A stretch of DNA of 64,000 nucleotides from a candidate division FCPU426 bacterium (GTDB lineage: Bacteria; Oederibacteriota; PGYV01; Palsa-1178), in assembly GCA_963840035.1 (NCBI GenBank), contig CAWIXE010000002.1, positions 608,001 through 672,000 on the forward strand, written 5' to 3'. Below the pieces are notes generated by a model. It was not told the DNA's origin. It saw only the letters and a list, made by a program, of their open reading frames with translations, and ran no database searches. The translations under genes and the position numbers were made by a program. Of this stretch, positions 29,634 through 39,910 are shown piece after piece. Position 1 is the stretch's first letter; every line of letters starts with the position of its first letter.

Positions 29634-29714
29634 AATTTTCAATTTAGAATTTTCAATTTTCAATTAAGAACGGACCGGTGTTAATTGAAAATTCAAAATT
29701 GAAAATGGAAAATT
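29634..29714. repeat. Inverted AATTTTC/GAAAATT heptamer repeat
   Basis: About 4 units each arm around a 17-bp spacer, between convergent genes. Confidence 0.8.
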
Positions 29715-29719
29715 TGTTT

Positions 29720-30175
29720 TTATTCAATCCAGAACGAAATAACCTCTAAATTCTTATTCGCCTGCCTTAACCTGTTTGACAGGACCTTAACAAGGATATC
29801 GACAATTTTTAAGGCTGTCTGAGGGGATTTTGCGCGCAGGGCCTGGTAGTTATCGCGGGTAATCGTCAGGACCACCGTGTCAGCCCCGGCTTTGGCTGCC
29901 GCAGAGCGCGGCATGCCGTCTAACAGGGACATCTCGCCAAAAAATTCGCCGGCGTTTATGACTGCTATGGTGTTTTCGGTTTCTTTGACTTTTTTTGTTA
30001 TTTTGACAGAACCGTTTTTGATGACAAACATTTTATCGCCCGGGCCTTCTTCGGGGAATATCGTGGAGCCGGCTTTAAATGACTCCTCCGCGCATATGGC
30101 GCTTATCGCGTCAGCGTCCGCCTGTGTTAAGTCTTTAAAACCCTTATTTTGAAGTAAAAAATCAGCTGAGCCCAT
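29720..30175 (-). CDS. Stand-alone cyclic-nucleotide-binding domain protein
   Basis: GEFFGEMSLLDGMPRSAAA phosphate-binding cassette; no HTH. Confidence 0.88.
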   Translation of the reverse strand: MGSADFLLQNKGFKDLTQADADAISAICAEESFKAGSTIFPEEGPGDKMFVIKNGSVKITKKVKETENTIAVINAGEFFGEMSLLDGMPRSAAAKAGADTVVLTITRDNYQALRAKSPQTALKIVDILVKVLSNRLRQANKNLEVISFWIE

Positions 30176-30319
30176 GTAAACCTCCTGAAAAAATAGTTTA
30201 AAGTTTGAAGTTTATAGTTTAAAGCTGAAAAATAAAAGAAGACTCTAAACAGTAAACTTATTTATATTTTACTGCGAATCACGGAAAAATCAAGAGGAAA
30301 AGGCAGGTCGAAAAATGTA

Positions 30320-31530
30320 GGTAAGTTGCAAGTTTTAATGCACCACTCCCTGAATCCCACACATTTTTCTTGTAGCATTTTGAATTATCATGTCGTTGGC
30401 TGTTTTGTATCCAAATATCCCTCTGGGATAGTTGTTTATCCAATTTTGGGCCTTTTTTACCGTTTCTACAGACACTTCCCCTATATCCGTCCCTTTAGGT
30501 ACGAACCGCCTTATTATGCGGTTTGTATTCTCGTTGGTTCCTCTTTCAAAAGAACTGAAAGGATGCGCGTAATATAGCATGGTCCTTTTTGTCCCTGGCT
30601 TTAATTTACTCTCTTCAAGGGTTCTCCAATCGAGAAACTCCGAACCGTTGTCTGCGGTTATCGTCTTGAATATCCTGGCAAACAAACCGCCATAAGTCCT
30701 TTCGAGTCCAGTCAACGCCTTGTCCACTTCTTCGACCTTGCAACAGTTCATCTTAATTATTATTTCCTGTCTTGTCATACGTTCGCTGATTGTCAGAAGA
30801 CATGCTCTTGTCCATTTAATACCCTTAACAACATCTATCTCCCAGTGACCATACTCCGTTCTTTCGTTTGCCGCCTTTGGTCTTTCTTCTATGCTCTTGA
30901 AAAGCCTGCTTCTATTTACTTTTCCGACCTTCCGATACTTCTTTTTACGCCTTCCTCCATATACCAGTTCTGCTTCTCCAACACCTGCAAACACACCGGA
31001 ATGTATATAATTGTAAACTGTCTTTATGCACAGATATGTCTTAAACCCCAGCTTGGTTCGCATTATTTCGCCTATTACTGCTGCCGGCGAATACTTATCC
31101 TGCGTTATCTTCCGTTCTATATGCCTGCTTAGTTCGTGGTCAAACCCGATCTTTAACGGGCGTCCTTTGTTCTTTTGTTTTTCATCATAGTCCAGCTGTC
31201 CATGATCGGCCCTATATACCAATCTCTCTTTGAGTTCCCAATCCGTCTGTATTACAGAACCTCTTTTTATCTCACGATTTATCGTGCTTGGGTCTCTTCC
31301 AAGTTGTTCGGCTATCTCACGCCCAGTACACTTCTTATCGCGCAGAGCCTCAATCTGGTACCGTTCTTTTAAACTTAAATACTTGTTTTTCCTGTCCCTT
31401 GTGGTAATCTTGACTTGTCCCATCATTCACCTCGTGTTTTTTATGGTGTCTTCGCAAACAACATAATAACACAAGTGCTTGGTGGGACTTTTTATTTACT
31501 CAGATGGTGCATTTCATCTTACACTTTTTA
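30320..31530 (-). mobile_element. IS30-family insertion sequence
   Basis: Imperfect ~26-bp terminal IRs ending AATGCACCA; flanked by 15-bp direct repeat AGGTCGAAAAATGTA (30305-30319, 31531-31545). Confidence 0.85.
30335..31426 (-). CDS. IS30-family transposase
   Basis: HTH IAEQLGRDPSTINREIKR; GHWEID, TITADNGSEF, ERGTNENTN DDE motifs; stop codon inside right IR. Confidence 0.95.
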   Translation of the reverse strand: MMGQVKITTRDRKNKYLSLKERYQIEALRDKKCTGREIAEQLGRDPSTINREIKRGSVIQTDWELKERLVYRADHGQLDYDEKQKNKGRPLKIGFDHELSRHIERKITQDKYSPAAVIGEIMRTKLGFKTYLCIKTVYNYIHSGVFAGVGEAELVYGGRRKKKYRKVGKVNRSRLFKSIEERPKAANERTEYGHWEIDVVKGIKWTRACLLTISERMTRQEIIIKMNCCKVEEVDKALTGLERTYGGLFARIFKTITADNGSEFLDWRTLEESKLKPGTKRTMLYYAHPFSSFERGTNENTNRIIRRFVPKGTDIGEVSVETVKKAQNWINNYPRGIFGYKTANDMIIQNATRKMCGIQGVVH

Positions 31531-31547
31531 AGGTCGAAAAATGTAAG

Positions 31548-33497
31548 CTACCAGAAATCGTGCTTGATTTTGGGCTTGTCACCGTTGTTGTCGTCGTTTT
31601 TAGGTTTCTGATCCTTCGCGGTTTCATCATATGTCGGCATGTTTGAGTGTGTTACATTTGTGTGAGGCTGGTTTAACGGCATCCTGGGCGTAAGCGGCGC
31701 TGTGCTGGCAGGGTGTATGGGAGAAATACCGTCGATTGCGGATACGCCTGAGCCGTGAACGGGTTCCTGTGGGATTATTGGCCTGTGAATAGGTTGTTTC
31801 TTGAATTCAGGCATCTTATCAGTGGGCAGTTCTCCTTCGCCTACGGGTTTTATGACTGTTTCCATATAATTCTCAGGCGGTGTCTGCGTGCCGGTATCAA
31901 ACTTCGGCTGAGGCTGGGGTTCCTGCACATGTTTGTATTCCAGATTGACAGCCGTCTGTTCAAACACCGGTTGCTGCTGTTTCCATGGGGCTTCTTCAGG
32001 CCTCGGAGGCAGGTCAATCATTCCCGGCTGGTCAGGTTCATTTAGAACTTCTATATCAGGCGGCGGCACGTGTGCCGGAGGCGCGGCCTGAGGTATAATA
32101 ACCGGCGGAACAACCGGAACCCGCACTGAGGGTGTAGGCGGAGCCTGCTGTACGGCGGGCTTTACCGGCTCGTCAGGAAGTCCTGCCATCTTTCTTTTCA
32201 TTTTTTCCTTCATTTGTTTCATGTACTCGTTCTGGTCAATGGCTTTCGCAGGCTGGTGCGTCGCGGGTTGTCCCGGGGTAAATGACGGAACTGCAGGCTG
32301 GTTTACCTGCGCCTGCGGAACCGGCGCGGGAGGGACGTTTATTTTTTTATCGGCCATTTTTTCCTTGAGGTTTTTCATGTAATCTTTTTCATCCCTTTTT
32401 TCCATCTGAGGGGGAGGGGAAGCCGGTTTTGACATGCCTTCGGGTTTTTCCTCTATGTACATGTTGAATAATTCCTGAACCTCGGCTAAAGGCATGGATT
32501 TCATGTCGGCAATCCTCTGCATGGCGTCTTCGACCATGTTGCCGTGTTCGTGTATCCTGATGTGCTTTGTGAATTCGGCGACTGCTTTGTCTATATTGCC
32601 GCGGTTCTGGTAAAGCTGCCCGAGCATATAGTGCGAATTGGCGTAAGTAGGGTCAAGCGCCACGGCTTTTTTATACATTTTTACCGCGATATCAGGCTGG
32701 TCCTTTTTGTCGTAGATTAAGCCGATGGTATTGTAAGTTTTGGCGCTTTTCGGGTTTAAAATGAGCGCCTTTTCAAATGCCTTAATGGCATTGTCATATT
32801 CCTCGCGGTGCTGGTAAGTATATCCGAGATTGGTGTACGCGCTTAAATAATTCGGGTCAATCAGCAGCGCCTGGTTGAAAGCTTCGATGGCTTTATCCTG
32901 CATGTGCCTTTCAAGGTATGCCACGCCGAGGTCGTGGTAGTTTTTCGCCTTGTTGACGTTTTGTTTTGCCGATTCCTGCAGTTTTGTTATGGCGTCATCC
33001 ATGGACTCGCCTGTGCCTTTTATGAATGAGTCAATGCCGAGGTGGTAAAGCCTCTCGGTAAAAACAGGGTCGAGTTCGCCCGCTTTTTTGAACATCTGCA
33101 GAGCCTCTTCAAACTTGGCGGAGTCATAATACACGTTGCCAAGGTTGTTGTAGAGCACCGCGGCGCCCGGGTTCTGCTCAATGCCTTTCTGATATACAAA
33201 AATCGCGTCGCTGTATTTGGACTGGCGGGCGAATAAAAGGCCCAGGTTGTTAAAGGCCTCAAGATGATGGGGGTTTATATTGACGAGTTTTTTAAGGATG
33301 TCATACGCAAGGCCGAATTCCTTCATGTCAGAGTATACAAACCCGAGGTTAAACAGTGCTTCTTCGTCTTTAGGGAAGAGTTTCAGGGCGTTTTCAAATT
33401 CCTTTATGGCTTTTTCATGGTCGTTTTTATCAGCGTATTCAAGCCCTTTTTTTATGTGTTCCGCCTTTTTTTCCTCGTCAGACTTAAATAATCCCAT
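31548..33497 (-). CDS. TPR-repeat protein with Pro/Gln-rich disordered C-terminus
   Basis: About 9 TPRs (A.FNLG..Y, YNNLG, YTNLG). Confidence 0.85.
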   Translation of the reverse strand: MGLFKSDEEKKAEHIKKGLEYADKNDHEKAIKEFENALKLFPKDEEALFNLGFVYSDMKEFGLAYDILKKLVNINPHHLEAFNNLGLLFARQSKYSDAIFVYQKGIEQNPGAAVLYNNLGNVYYDSAKFEEALQMFKKAGELDPVFTERLYHLGIDSFIKGTGESMDDAITKLQESAKQNVNKAKNYHDLGVAYLERHMQDKAIEAFNQALLIDPNYLSAYTNLGYTYQHREEYDNAIKAFEKALILNPKSAKTYNTIGLIYDKKDQPDIAVKMYKKAVALDPTYANSHYMLGQLYQNRGNIDKAVAEFTKHIRIHEHGNMVEDAMQRIADMKSMPLAEVQELFNMYIEEKPEGMSKPASPPPQMEKRDEKDYMKNLKEKMADKKINVPPAPVPQAQVNQPAVPSFTPGQPATHQPAKAIDQNEYMKQMKEKMKRKMAGLPDEPVKPAVQQAPPTPSVRVPVVPPVIIPQAAPPAHVPPPDIEVLNEPDQPGMIDLPPRPEEAPWKQQQPVFEQTAVNLEYKHVQEPQPQPKFDTGTQTPPENYMETVIKPVGEGELPTDKMPEFKKQPIHRPIIPQEPVHGSGVSAIDGISPIHPASTAPLTPRMPLNQPHTNVTHSNMPTYDETAKDQKPKNDDNNGDKPKIKHDFW

Positions 33498-33580
33498 GTG
33501 TGATGAGTTCTCCTATAAGATATGTGGTATTAAAATTATATAAACATTACAGGTAAAAGTCAATACACATAAAAACGGGC

Positions 33581-33611
33581 AAAAAAAAGCCCCCGGTTAA
33601 GGGGGCTTTTT
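33581..33611 (-). terminator. Intrinsic terminator
   Basis: A8-gccccc-ggttaa-gggggc-T5. Confidence 0.8.
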
Positions 33612-33624
33612 ATAGATAACTTGA

Positions 33625-34509
33625 TTAGTAGTTCATGGTTACGTTTACGCCTATGTTAAATCCCGAGAATTCAAATTTTGTTGGGTCTGAACCGTTGAAC
33701 TTTACTACGTCGCCTTTTGAAACCCCGGTGCCGTTTTTGTCAGCTTTCATTTCTGAAACATCAGCCATCCTGTAGCCAAAAGACAGGCCTGCGGATAAAG
33801 CTTCCATTATCTCGTAATTGATCCTGGCGCCTATATCAAGCACAAATGTCCCGCCTGTTGACGGATATTCTTCTTTGCTGGTGCCGGTTGATTCCGTAAA
33901 CTTCGCCCTTGCCAGCCCGTAACCGGCGTAAAGGTCGCCGATTAATGAAACCGGTACGGAAGGTATCTTGTATTCATAATTACCGCCAACCATGAGGGGT
34001 ATCAGGGAAGCGTCAATGGTAGTTTCGTTCGAACCCGATGTTATTTTTCCCTGGAAACAGCCAATGTATTCAAGCCTTGGGCCGAGCGCAACGGGTATGC
34101 CTTTAAATAGGAAGAAGTCAGCGTCCACGCCTATGACATATGCGGTTGTAAGTTTTGTAACCGAAGTCCCGGGAGTTCCGGCAATCGTGTCGAGTGTTTT
34201 ATTTAATGCAGCCATTGAGATAAAAGACATGTCAACCCACATGTCCACAACGCCCATGTAAGTGGCGGAAGCCGCAACTTCGGGGAGGTTGGGTTCGGGT
34301 TTGCCTTCTTCAGCCGTGTCAACAGGAAGATCGGCTGATTTGGTTTCCTCGGTTTTGATCATCTCGTCGCTTAGTTTTTCCTTTTCCACGACTGCTTTGG
34401 CGTCTTTGACGTCCTTTTCAATCGACAGAGTTTCTTCGGCAAAGCAGGGGATTGCTGTTACAAAGAGAAAAAATGATAAGAGCGCTAATAATGCTGTAGT
34501 TTTTTTCAT
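33625..34509 (-). CDS. Small outer-membrane beta-barrel protein (paralog 4, acidic N-terminal extension)
   Basis: Signal peptide; GPR, LIPLMVG, YAGYG, GYR, FSGFNIG motifs; terminal Tyr. Confidence 0.8.
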   Translation of the reverse strand: MKKTTALLALLSFFLFVTAIPCFAEETLSIEKDVKDAKAVVEKEKLSDEMIKTEETKSADLPVDTAEEGKPEPNLPEVAASATYMGVVDMWVDMSFISMAALNKTLDTIAGTPGTSVTKLTTAYVIGVDADFFLFKGIPVALGPRLEYIGCFQGKITSGSNETTIDASLIPLMVGGNYEYKIPSVPVSLIGDLYAGYGLARAKFTESTGTSKEEYPSTGGTFVLDIGARINYEIMEALSAGLSFGYRMADVSEMKADKNGTGVSKGDVVKFNGSDPTKFEFSGFNIGVNVTMNY

Positions 34510-34682
34510 GACCCACCTCGTTTTTGGTTTGTTTCCTTATAACTATATTATAACAAATGTATATACGGGTTTCAAGGTAAACAATATTTTAAATTTTCGA
34601 TTTTCAATTTTCAATTACAAACAGACAAAACAAATCTTGTATTGTTTTTTTATGCATTTAATTGAAAATATAAAATTAAAAA

Positions 34683-35438
34683 TTAAAACCGTAAATTTAT
34701 ACCAACGCCTGCGTTAATACCGGAATAATCAACAGTCCTTGTGCCGCCGAGTCCGTCTGAGATGATGGAGCCTTTCGGGACAAAGACGGTGTTTCCGACT
34801 TTTATCTCATCAACCGCTTTCAGGTTATCATATTTCGCGTATCTGTAACCCAGGTTCACACTTAAGGTAAACATATCGGCGAGGTAAAATTCAACAGCGG
34901 AAACAGCTTCGCCCATGATGCCGCCGCCCTGGTAGACGCTGCTGTAGCTGGTAATGGAAGAAGTATCAGTCAGCGGTTCTGAAGTGTTGATGCTTTTAGT
35001 CGCGAATGCCACTCCATACCCGCCGTACGCGCCCACTGTGAAAGAGAGGAATGTAAGCGGGACTTTGATGTGAAAATTCGCGCCGAGCATAACAGGGACA
35101 AGCACGGCCGCGTAGGTTTCTTTTGTGTTGTTGAGCATATCTGCGATAGTGATGGAGGTTGGAAGAACTACCTGCGCTCCTGTCTTTGGGCCTATAGAAA
35201 TATTGTTGTTTACGCCAAAATCAAAACACACATTGGCGTATACGGAATTGCCAAAAGTGGTAAAGCTGGCGTCCTTGCCGCCGTTTATGGCTGATTCCTT
35301 CATGGTGGTCAGACCGTTCTTTAGGTCGTCCATTGAAGCGTAAGAATAACCCGCATCAAGGCCGAAGCGGAACACAGCGGACACGGAAGCGGACAGGCAA
35401 AGGGTTAAGACTAATACAAGTAATGCTGATTTTTTCAT
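34683..35438 (-). CDS. Small outer-membrane beta-barrel protein (paralog 3)
   Basis: Signal peptide; GPK, LVPVMLG, YGGYG, DYSGIN; terminal Phe. Confidence 0.82.
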   Translation of the reverse strand: MKKSALLVLVLTLCLSASVSAVFRFGLDAGYSYASMDDLKNGLTTMKESAINGGKDASFTTFGNSVYANVCFDFGVNNNISIGPKTGAQVVLPTSITIADMLNNTKETYAAVLVPVMLGANFHIKVPLTFLSFTVGAYGGYGVAFATKSINTSEPLTDTSSITSYSSVYQGGGIMGEAVSAVEFYLADMFTLSVNLGYRYAKYDNLKAVDEIKVGNTVFVPKGSIISDGLGGTRTVDYSGINAGVGINLRF

Positions 35439-35545
35439 GTAATCCTCCTTGGATATTTGAGTAATTATATAACCATAAAAATATATTTTCAAGTTGTAAA
35501 TTAGACGGACGGGAAATGGGAAAGGTTACGCAAAGCGGAAGAAAT

Positions 35546-35575
35546 AAAAAAGGGAGCCTTCGCAGGCTCCCTTTT
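35546..35575 (-). terminator. Intrinsic terminator
   Basis: aaaaagggagcct-tcgc-aggctccctttt. Confidence 0.8.
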
Positions 35576-35590
35576 GTTTTCTGTTATGAA

Positions 35591-36298
35591 TTAAAACTTA
35601 AATGACACTCCGGCTTTAAAGTTCAGGCCGCTGTAATCGACCGGTAAGGCGGTGTCTGTAAGATAATTTTTCAGTTCGTCGCCTTTTTTTATGCTGTAAT
35701 AATCCGAGTCTGCCGTGGCCTTTAAAGACGTTATATTTGCAATCTTATAGCCAATGGTTACTTTGATTGTCATTAAGGATAACGGAGAAATCTCTATGCC
35801 GCCAAGAATGTCATAAACAGGGGCGCCTCCGGAAAAACCGGCTGTCGATGTATTGCCGGCGATCTTATTGTCAAGGTTGTGGAATGAAAAACCGTATCCG
35901 CCGAAGCCCTCAATAATAATTCCAACAGGAAAATCTTTTAAACGGATATCAATTGAGGCGCCAATTTGAGCGGGAATCAGTATGCTGTCCGTGCGCATAT
36001 AATCGCTGCCGCCTGTTATGGAACCCTGAGTGCATTTTACGAGGCCCACCCTCGGCCCTATCTGAAGAAACCATAAAGCCTGATACATCAGGTCGATGTT
36101 GGCATCAAGAGCGCTGGTAATCTTTGTGACTTTTGTGGTTGGAAACAAAACGTGGATATCGTCCATGGATTTGTTTACTTTTTCCATTGACGGCATTGCG
36201 TAACCGATGCCTAATCCTAAATTCCAGCTTGCTGATTCAGCGAAAGAAAAAGATGAAAATAAAGCAACGGCAATGACTGCTGATAAAAATTTTTTCAT
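35591..36298 (-). CDS. Small outer-membrane beta-barrel protein (paralog 2)
   Basis: Signal peptide; GPRVG, LIPAQIG, FGGYG, DYSGLN; terminal Phe. Confidence 0.82.
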   Translation of the reverse strand: MKKFLSAVIAVALFSSFSFAESASWNLGLGIGYAMPSMEKVNKSMDDIHVLFPTTKVTKITSALDANIDLMYQALWFLQIGPRVGLVKCTQGSITGGSDYMRTDSILIPAQIGASIDIRLKDFPVGIIIEGFGGYGFSFHNLDNKIAGNTSTAGFSGGAPVYDILGGIEISPLSLMTIKVTIGYKIANITSLKATADSDYYSIKKGDELKNYLTDTALPVDYSGLNFKAGVSFKF

Positions 36299-36388
36299 AT
36301 AATCCTCCTGGGTTTTGATGCGGTTATAATAACAATTTCAGACAGGTTAGTCAATAGGAAGGCGCGTGGTTTTGTAAAGAACCCGGTT

Positions 36389-37189
36389 TTAGAATCCTAC
36401 TGTTATGCCGGCGCCGAAGTTATATCCGGAATAATCTATGAAGACGTCTTTTCCGGCAAAATCCTTCAGCGCGTAGTCTTTTGGCAGGTCTATGCCAAGG
36501 CCCGCGCTTAAGTAAGAACCCGGCGTTTTTACGGTGGGGATGCGCGCGAGCTTATAACCCGCGCTTATGAAAAATGTGGTAAGCGGCGCCACTGAAAAAT
36601 CAAGGGATAAAAAACCGTCCGCGACAAAATTCCCGCCCTGATACGGGACTGTGATTGAAACCGGGTCAGAGCCTGTTACTTCGACCTTATATGTTTCCGC
36701 CACGAGTGCTATGCCATAACCCGCGTAACCGCCGAGCGTTATCGCGACATCAATACCTGGAACCGTCATTTTTGAAGTAAACCCCGCCATTAAAGGGATC
36801 AGCAGAGAGTCGAGCGTGTAGGTATATTTACCCGAGCCGCTGAAAATATAAGGCGATGTAAAGAATGGAAGGTCCACGGTGAGCGTGCCCTCGGTCGTGG
36901 TGCTTCCGGGGAAGCAGTATAGTAATCCAACCCTGGGGCCTACATATAATATATCAAGCAGTCCCACACTGATGTCAAGGTTGGCATATAAGCCGTCCTT
37001 AAAATACTTCTTTGTGTTGGTAGAGCCGATGTTGTCATTTTCTATTGTTAATGTCATAGAATTAATATAATCATTGGTCTCCTGCATGGTGACAAGGGCA
37101 TAACCGCCGTTAACACCCACATTAATAAGGGCAAAGGACTGGACCGCGAATAAAGCGCAAAAAACCGCTGAAGCAAGGATTTTTTTCAT
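36389..37189 (-). CDS. Small outer-membrane beta-barrel protein (paralog 1)
   Basis: Signal peptide; GPRVG, LIPLMAG, YAGYG, DYSGYN; terminal Phe. Confidence 0.82.
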   Translation of the reverse strand: MKKILASAVFCALFAVQSFALINVGVNGGYALVTMQETNDYINSMTLTIENDNIGSTNTKKYFKDGLYANLDISVGLLDILYVGPRVGLLYCFPGSTTTEGTLTVDLPFFTSPYIFSGSGKYTYTLDSLLIPLMAGFTSKMTVPGIDVAITLGGYAGYGIALVAETYKVEVTGSDPVSITVPYQGGNFVADGFLSLDFSVAPLTTFFISAGYKLARIPTVKTPGSYLSAGLGIDLPKDYALKDFAGKDVFIDYSGYNFGAGITVGF

Positions 37190-37336
37190 ATATACCTCCT
37201 GATATTTTTATGTTTATATGATATCAGCCAGTCAGTGTTAAGTCAAGTTTTGCATCCTTTTTAACGTTCAACCGTTATGTTATAGCATATGTTTAACGTG
37301 TTACAGACTAAAATACCGGATTCAGGAGATGAGCGG

Positions 37337-39898
37337 ATGAAAAGGTTCTTTGTTTTTCTGGCGTTATTGGCGCCTTCATATATATACCCGGCTACAGCCG
37401 CGATTACCGTGAATTATAATACGGAAATAAACGCGTTTACCCCGTCAAAACTGCTTGGAAATAATTCCGGGGTATGGCTTGCTCCCGCGGGATACAATAC
37501 CAACGCCGCTAAGATAAAGGCTGCGGGGTCTTCATTTATCAGGTTCCCGGGCGGAAGCCTTTCAAATGAATATCACTGGAACGGCGCCGGCTGGTTTGAC
37601 GCGCAGAAAATATGGCACTCTAACCCGTCGGCTTATTCAAAAGGTTTTATAGTTGAGCCCGAACACAGGGGGTCGTCATCAATCGGATACGGCAAGCCTG
37701 CGAAGTTAACTGACGGCTTGATTACAGCCTCCTCACAATGGCAGTCTGACACCATAACCGCGGCTTCAGCCACTACGAACGCTTATGTAATTATCAGGCT
37801 CGGCGCGCCGCAATACATAGACCAGGTAAAAATTTACTGGGGCGACACATACGCGGCTGAATACGCGATACAATACTGGTCAAGCACTGATTTTGCCTGG
37901 GCGCCGCATCAGGGAAATACAAATTATTGGCAGACGCTTGTGACGGTTACCGGAAATACGGGAGGTACCGATATCAGGACAATTCCCGCCACGTTTGGAC
38001 AAAACTTCAGGATACTTATGAAAAAAAGTTCCGGTACCGGATACAAGATGAACGAGGCCGAACTTTACAGCGGCGGGTATAAAAAGACAACCAACACAGC
38101 CACTACAGCCCAGACAGAAACTTACGCGTCGCCGACAGATAAGGCAAACGCGCCGATGGGGTGGACCCCGGATTATGATTTTCTGGCGTTCGTCAGTTTT
38201 TTAAGCAGTATTGGCCCGGACGCGCAGGGAATATGCAGCGTTAACTTCGGCACCGGTACTTATGAGGAAGCGGCGGCTTGGGTCCGGTACGCGAAGGATA
38301 ACGGATACCTAAGCAGGATTAAGTACTGGGAAGTCGGCAATGAGACAGAAGGCGTATGGGAGGCGGGCGGGCCGGTGGACGCGGAATACTATACCGAGCG
38401 TTTTATTCTTTTCTCTGACGCCATGAAAGCTGTTGATCCGGACATAAAAATATGCGGCCCGGTGCTTGCCTCATTACAGAATAATTCGGAGCTCTATGAC
38501 GGCATGTCATTTATGGATAAATTCCTTCAGGTACTGCAGTCGCACGGAAAACTGGCTTCGGTGGACGCGCTGGCGTTTCACATGTACCCCGACTGGCAGA
38601 ATACTGTGGAGGCGACTTCGCTTAGCACCCCGAATAACTGGGCGGCAGGGAGCAATTATAAGGCGTTCATAGACAATCTTCTTGTGAAATATTACGGTGA
38701 CGCCGCGGCAAAGGAATTAATAATGTCCGAGTATAACTGCGGCGCCGCGACAAAACTCACCATGGATTTCATGAACTCGCTGTGGACCGCGAACTGGCTC
38801 GGCGAATACGCGAAGTCTTTCGGCAACAGGGCATTTGCCAATCAGTGGGATATCATGAATAATAACGCTTCAACCGGGAATTACGACAACGGCTTTCTCG
38901 AGATAGGCCAGCAGACGGGCGCGTACAAATACCAGCCGCGATCGAGTTACTGGGGGATGTACATGATAAATAATTACCTGGCATGCGCCGATGAGTTTGG
39001 CAACACGCTTGTGGCCGCCTCGTCAAATCAGGGCCTGCTTCCGGTGTACGCGGCAAAACGCAATGACGGGAAACTCAGCCTTATGGTGATAAACAAGAGC
39101 AAGACAAACGCGTATACCTCGTCTATAAACATCAGCGGTTACGCGCCTGACCCGGCAGCGGAGCTTTATACATTCGCGGCAAACGCGTCGGCGCCGTACT
39201 ATGTTCAGAATTATGTCTGGCATGATGACGCCGCAAAATCATATGCCGACCCTGACCTTGCTCCGGTTAAAAACACATATGCCGGCGCGTCAGGCAGTTT
39301 CTCGTTTGACTTCCCGGCATATTCGATTTCTGTTTTCAATTTTGTCCCGTTTGGTTCCACGCCGACATTTACCCCGTCAATATCGCCGACACAATCACAG
39401 ACGAACACGTCAAGCGCCACGCCGACTTTTACCATCACAAAGACTGTGACTGTTACAAAGACCATTACAAATACGAGGACTGTCACTGATACGCATACCA
39501 TAACAAAAACAAGGACAGTCACTCCGACGTATACATTTACCCCGAGCATCACACTTACTTTTACGGCAACGGCGACAAAGACCCCGGGAGAACCAATACC
39601 GGGCGGGGCCGCACAACAGACTTATAAAAAAACATACGTTTATCCGTCGCCGTTTGATTCGTCGAAAGGCCACACCGGCATATGGTTTTTAAACCTCACA
39701 AAGCATTCAATAATAAAGATATATGACATGTCCGGGAAAATGGTGTACAGCAGGGAAGCTGATACGCCGCAGGGGGCGTATTTTCTGCGCTTTGAAGCGC
39801 AGCGGCGAAGGGATGTTTTTGCGCCGGGAGTGTATGTTTATGTTGTTAATAATAGAGGAAACCAGACTGCGACTGGAAAATTCGCGGTAATAAGGTAA
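37337..39898 (+). CDS. Secreted clan GH-A hydrolase (GH44/51/79-like) with discoidin insert, Thr-rich linker and FlgD/T9SS-like C-terminal domain
   Basis: RFPGGS, YWEVGNE, MSEYN; (TxT)n linker; YVYPSPF...IKIYDMSGKMV...GVYVY...GKFAVIR. Confidence 0.82.
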   Translation: MKRFFVFLALLAPSYIYPATAAITVNYNTEINAFTPSKLLGNNSGVWLAPAGYNTNAAKIKAAGSSFIRFPGGSLSNEYHWNGAGWFDAQKIWHSNPSAYSKGFIVEPEHRGSSSIGYGKPAKLTDGLITASSQWQSDTITAASATTNAYVIIRLGAPQYIDQVKIYWGDTYAAEYAIQYWSSTDFAWAPHQGNTNYWQTLVTVTGNTGGTDIRTIPATFGQNFRILMKKSSGTGYKMNEAELYSGGYKKTTNTATTAQTETYASPTDKANAPMGWTPDYDFLAFVSFLSSIGPDAQGICSVNFGTGTYEEAAAWVRYAKDNGYLSRIKYWEVGNETEGVWEAGGPVDAEYYTERFILFSDAMKAVDPDIKICGPVLASLQNNSELYDGMSFMDKFLQVLQSHGKLASVDALAFHMYPDWQNTVEATSLSTPNNWAAGSNYKAFIDNLLVKYYGDAAAKELIMSEYNCGAATKLTMDFMNSLWTANWLGEYAKSFGNRAFANQWDIMNNNASTGNYDNGFLEIGQQTGAYKYQPRSSYWGMYMINNYLACADEFGNTLVAASSNQGLLPVYAAKRNDGKLSLMVINKSKTNAYTSSINISGYAPDPAAELYTFAANASAPYYVQNYVWHDDAAKSYADPDLAPVKNTYAGASGSFSFDFPAYSISVFNFVPFGSTPTFTPSISPTQSQTNTSSATPTFTITKTVTVTKTITNTRTVTDTHTITKTRTVTPTYTFTPSITLTFTATATKTPGEPIPGGAAQQTYKKTYVYPSPFDSSKGHTGIWFLNLTKHSIIKIYDMSGKMVYSREADTPQGAYFLRFEAQRRRDVFAPGVYVYVVNNRGNQTATGKFAVIR

Positions 39899-39910
39899 TT
39901 TAATTGACTA

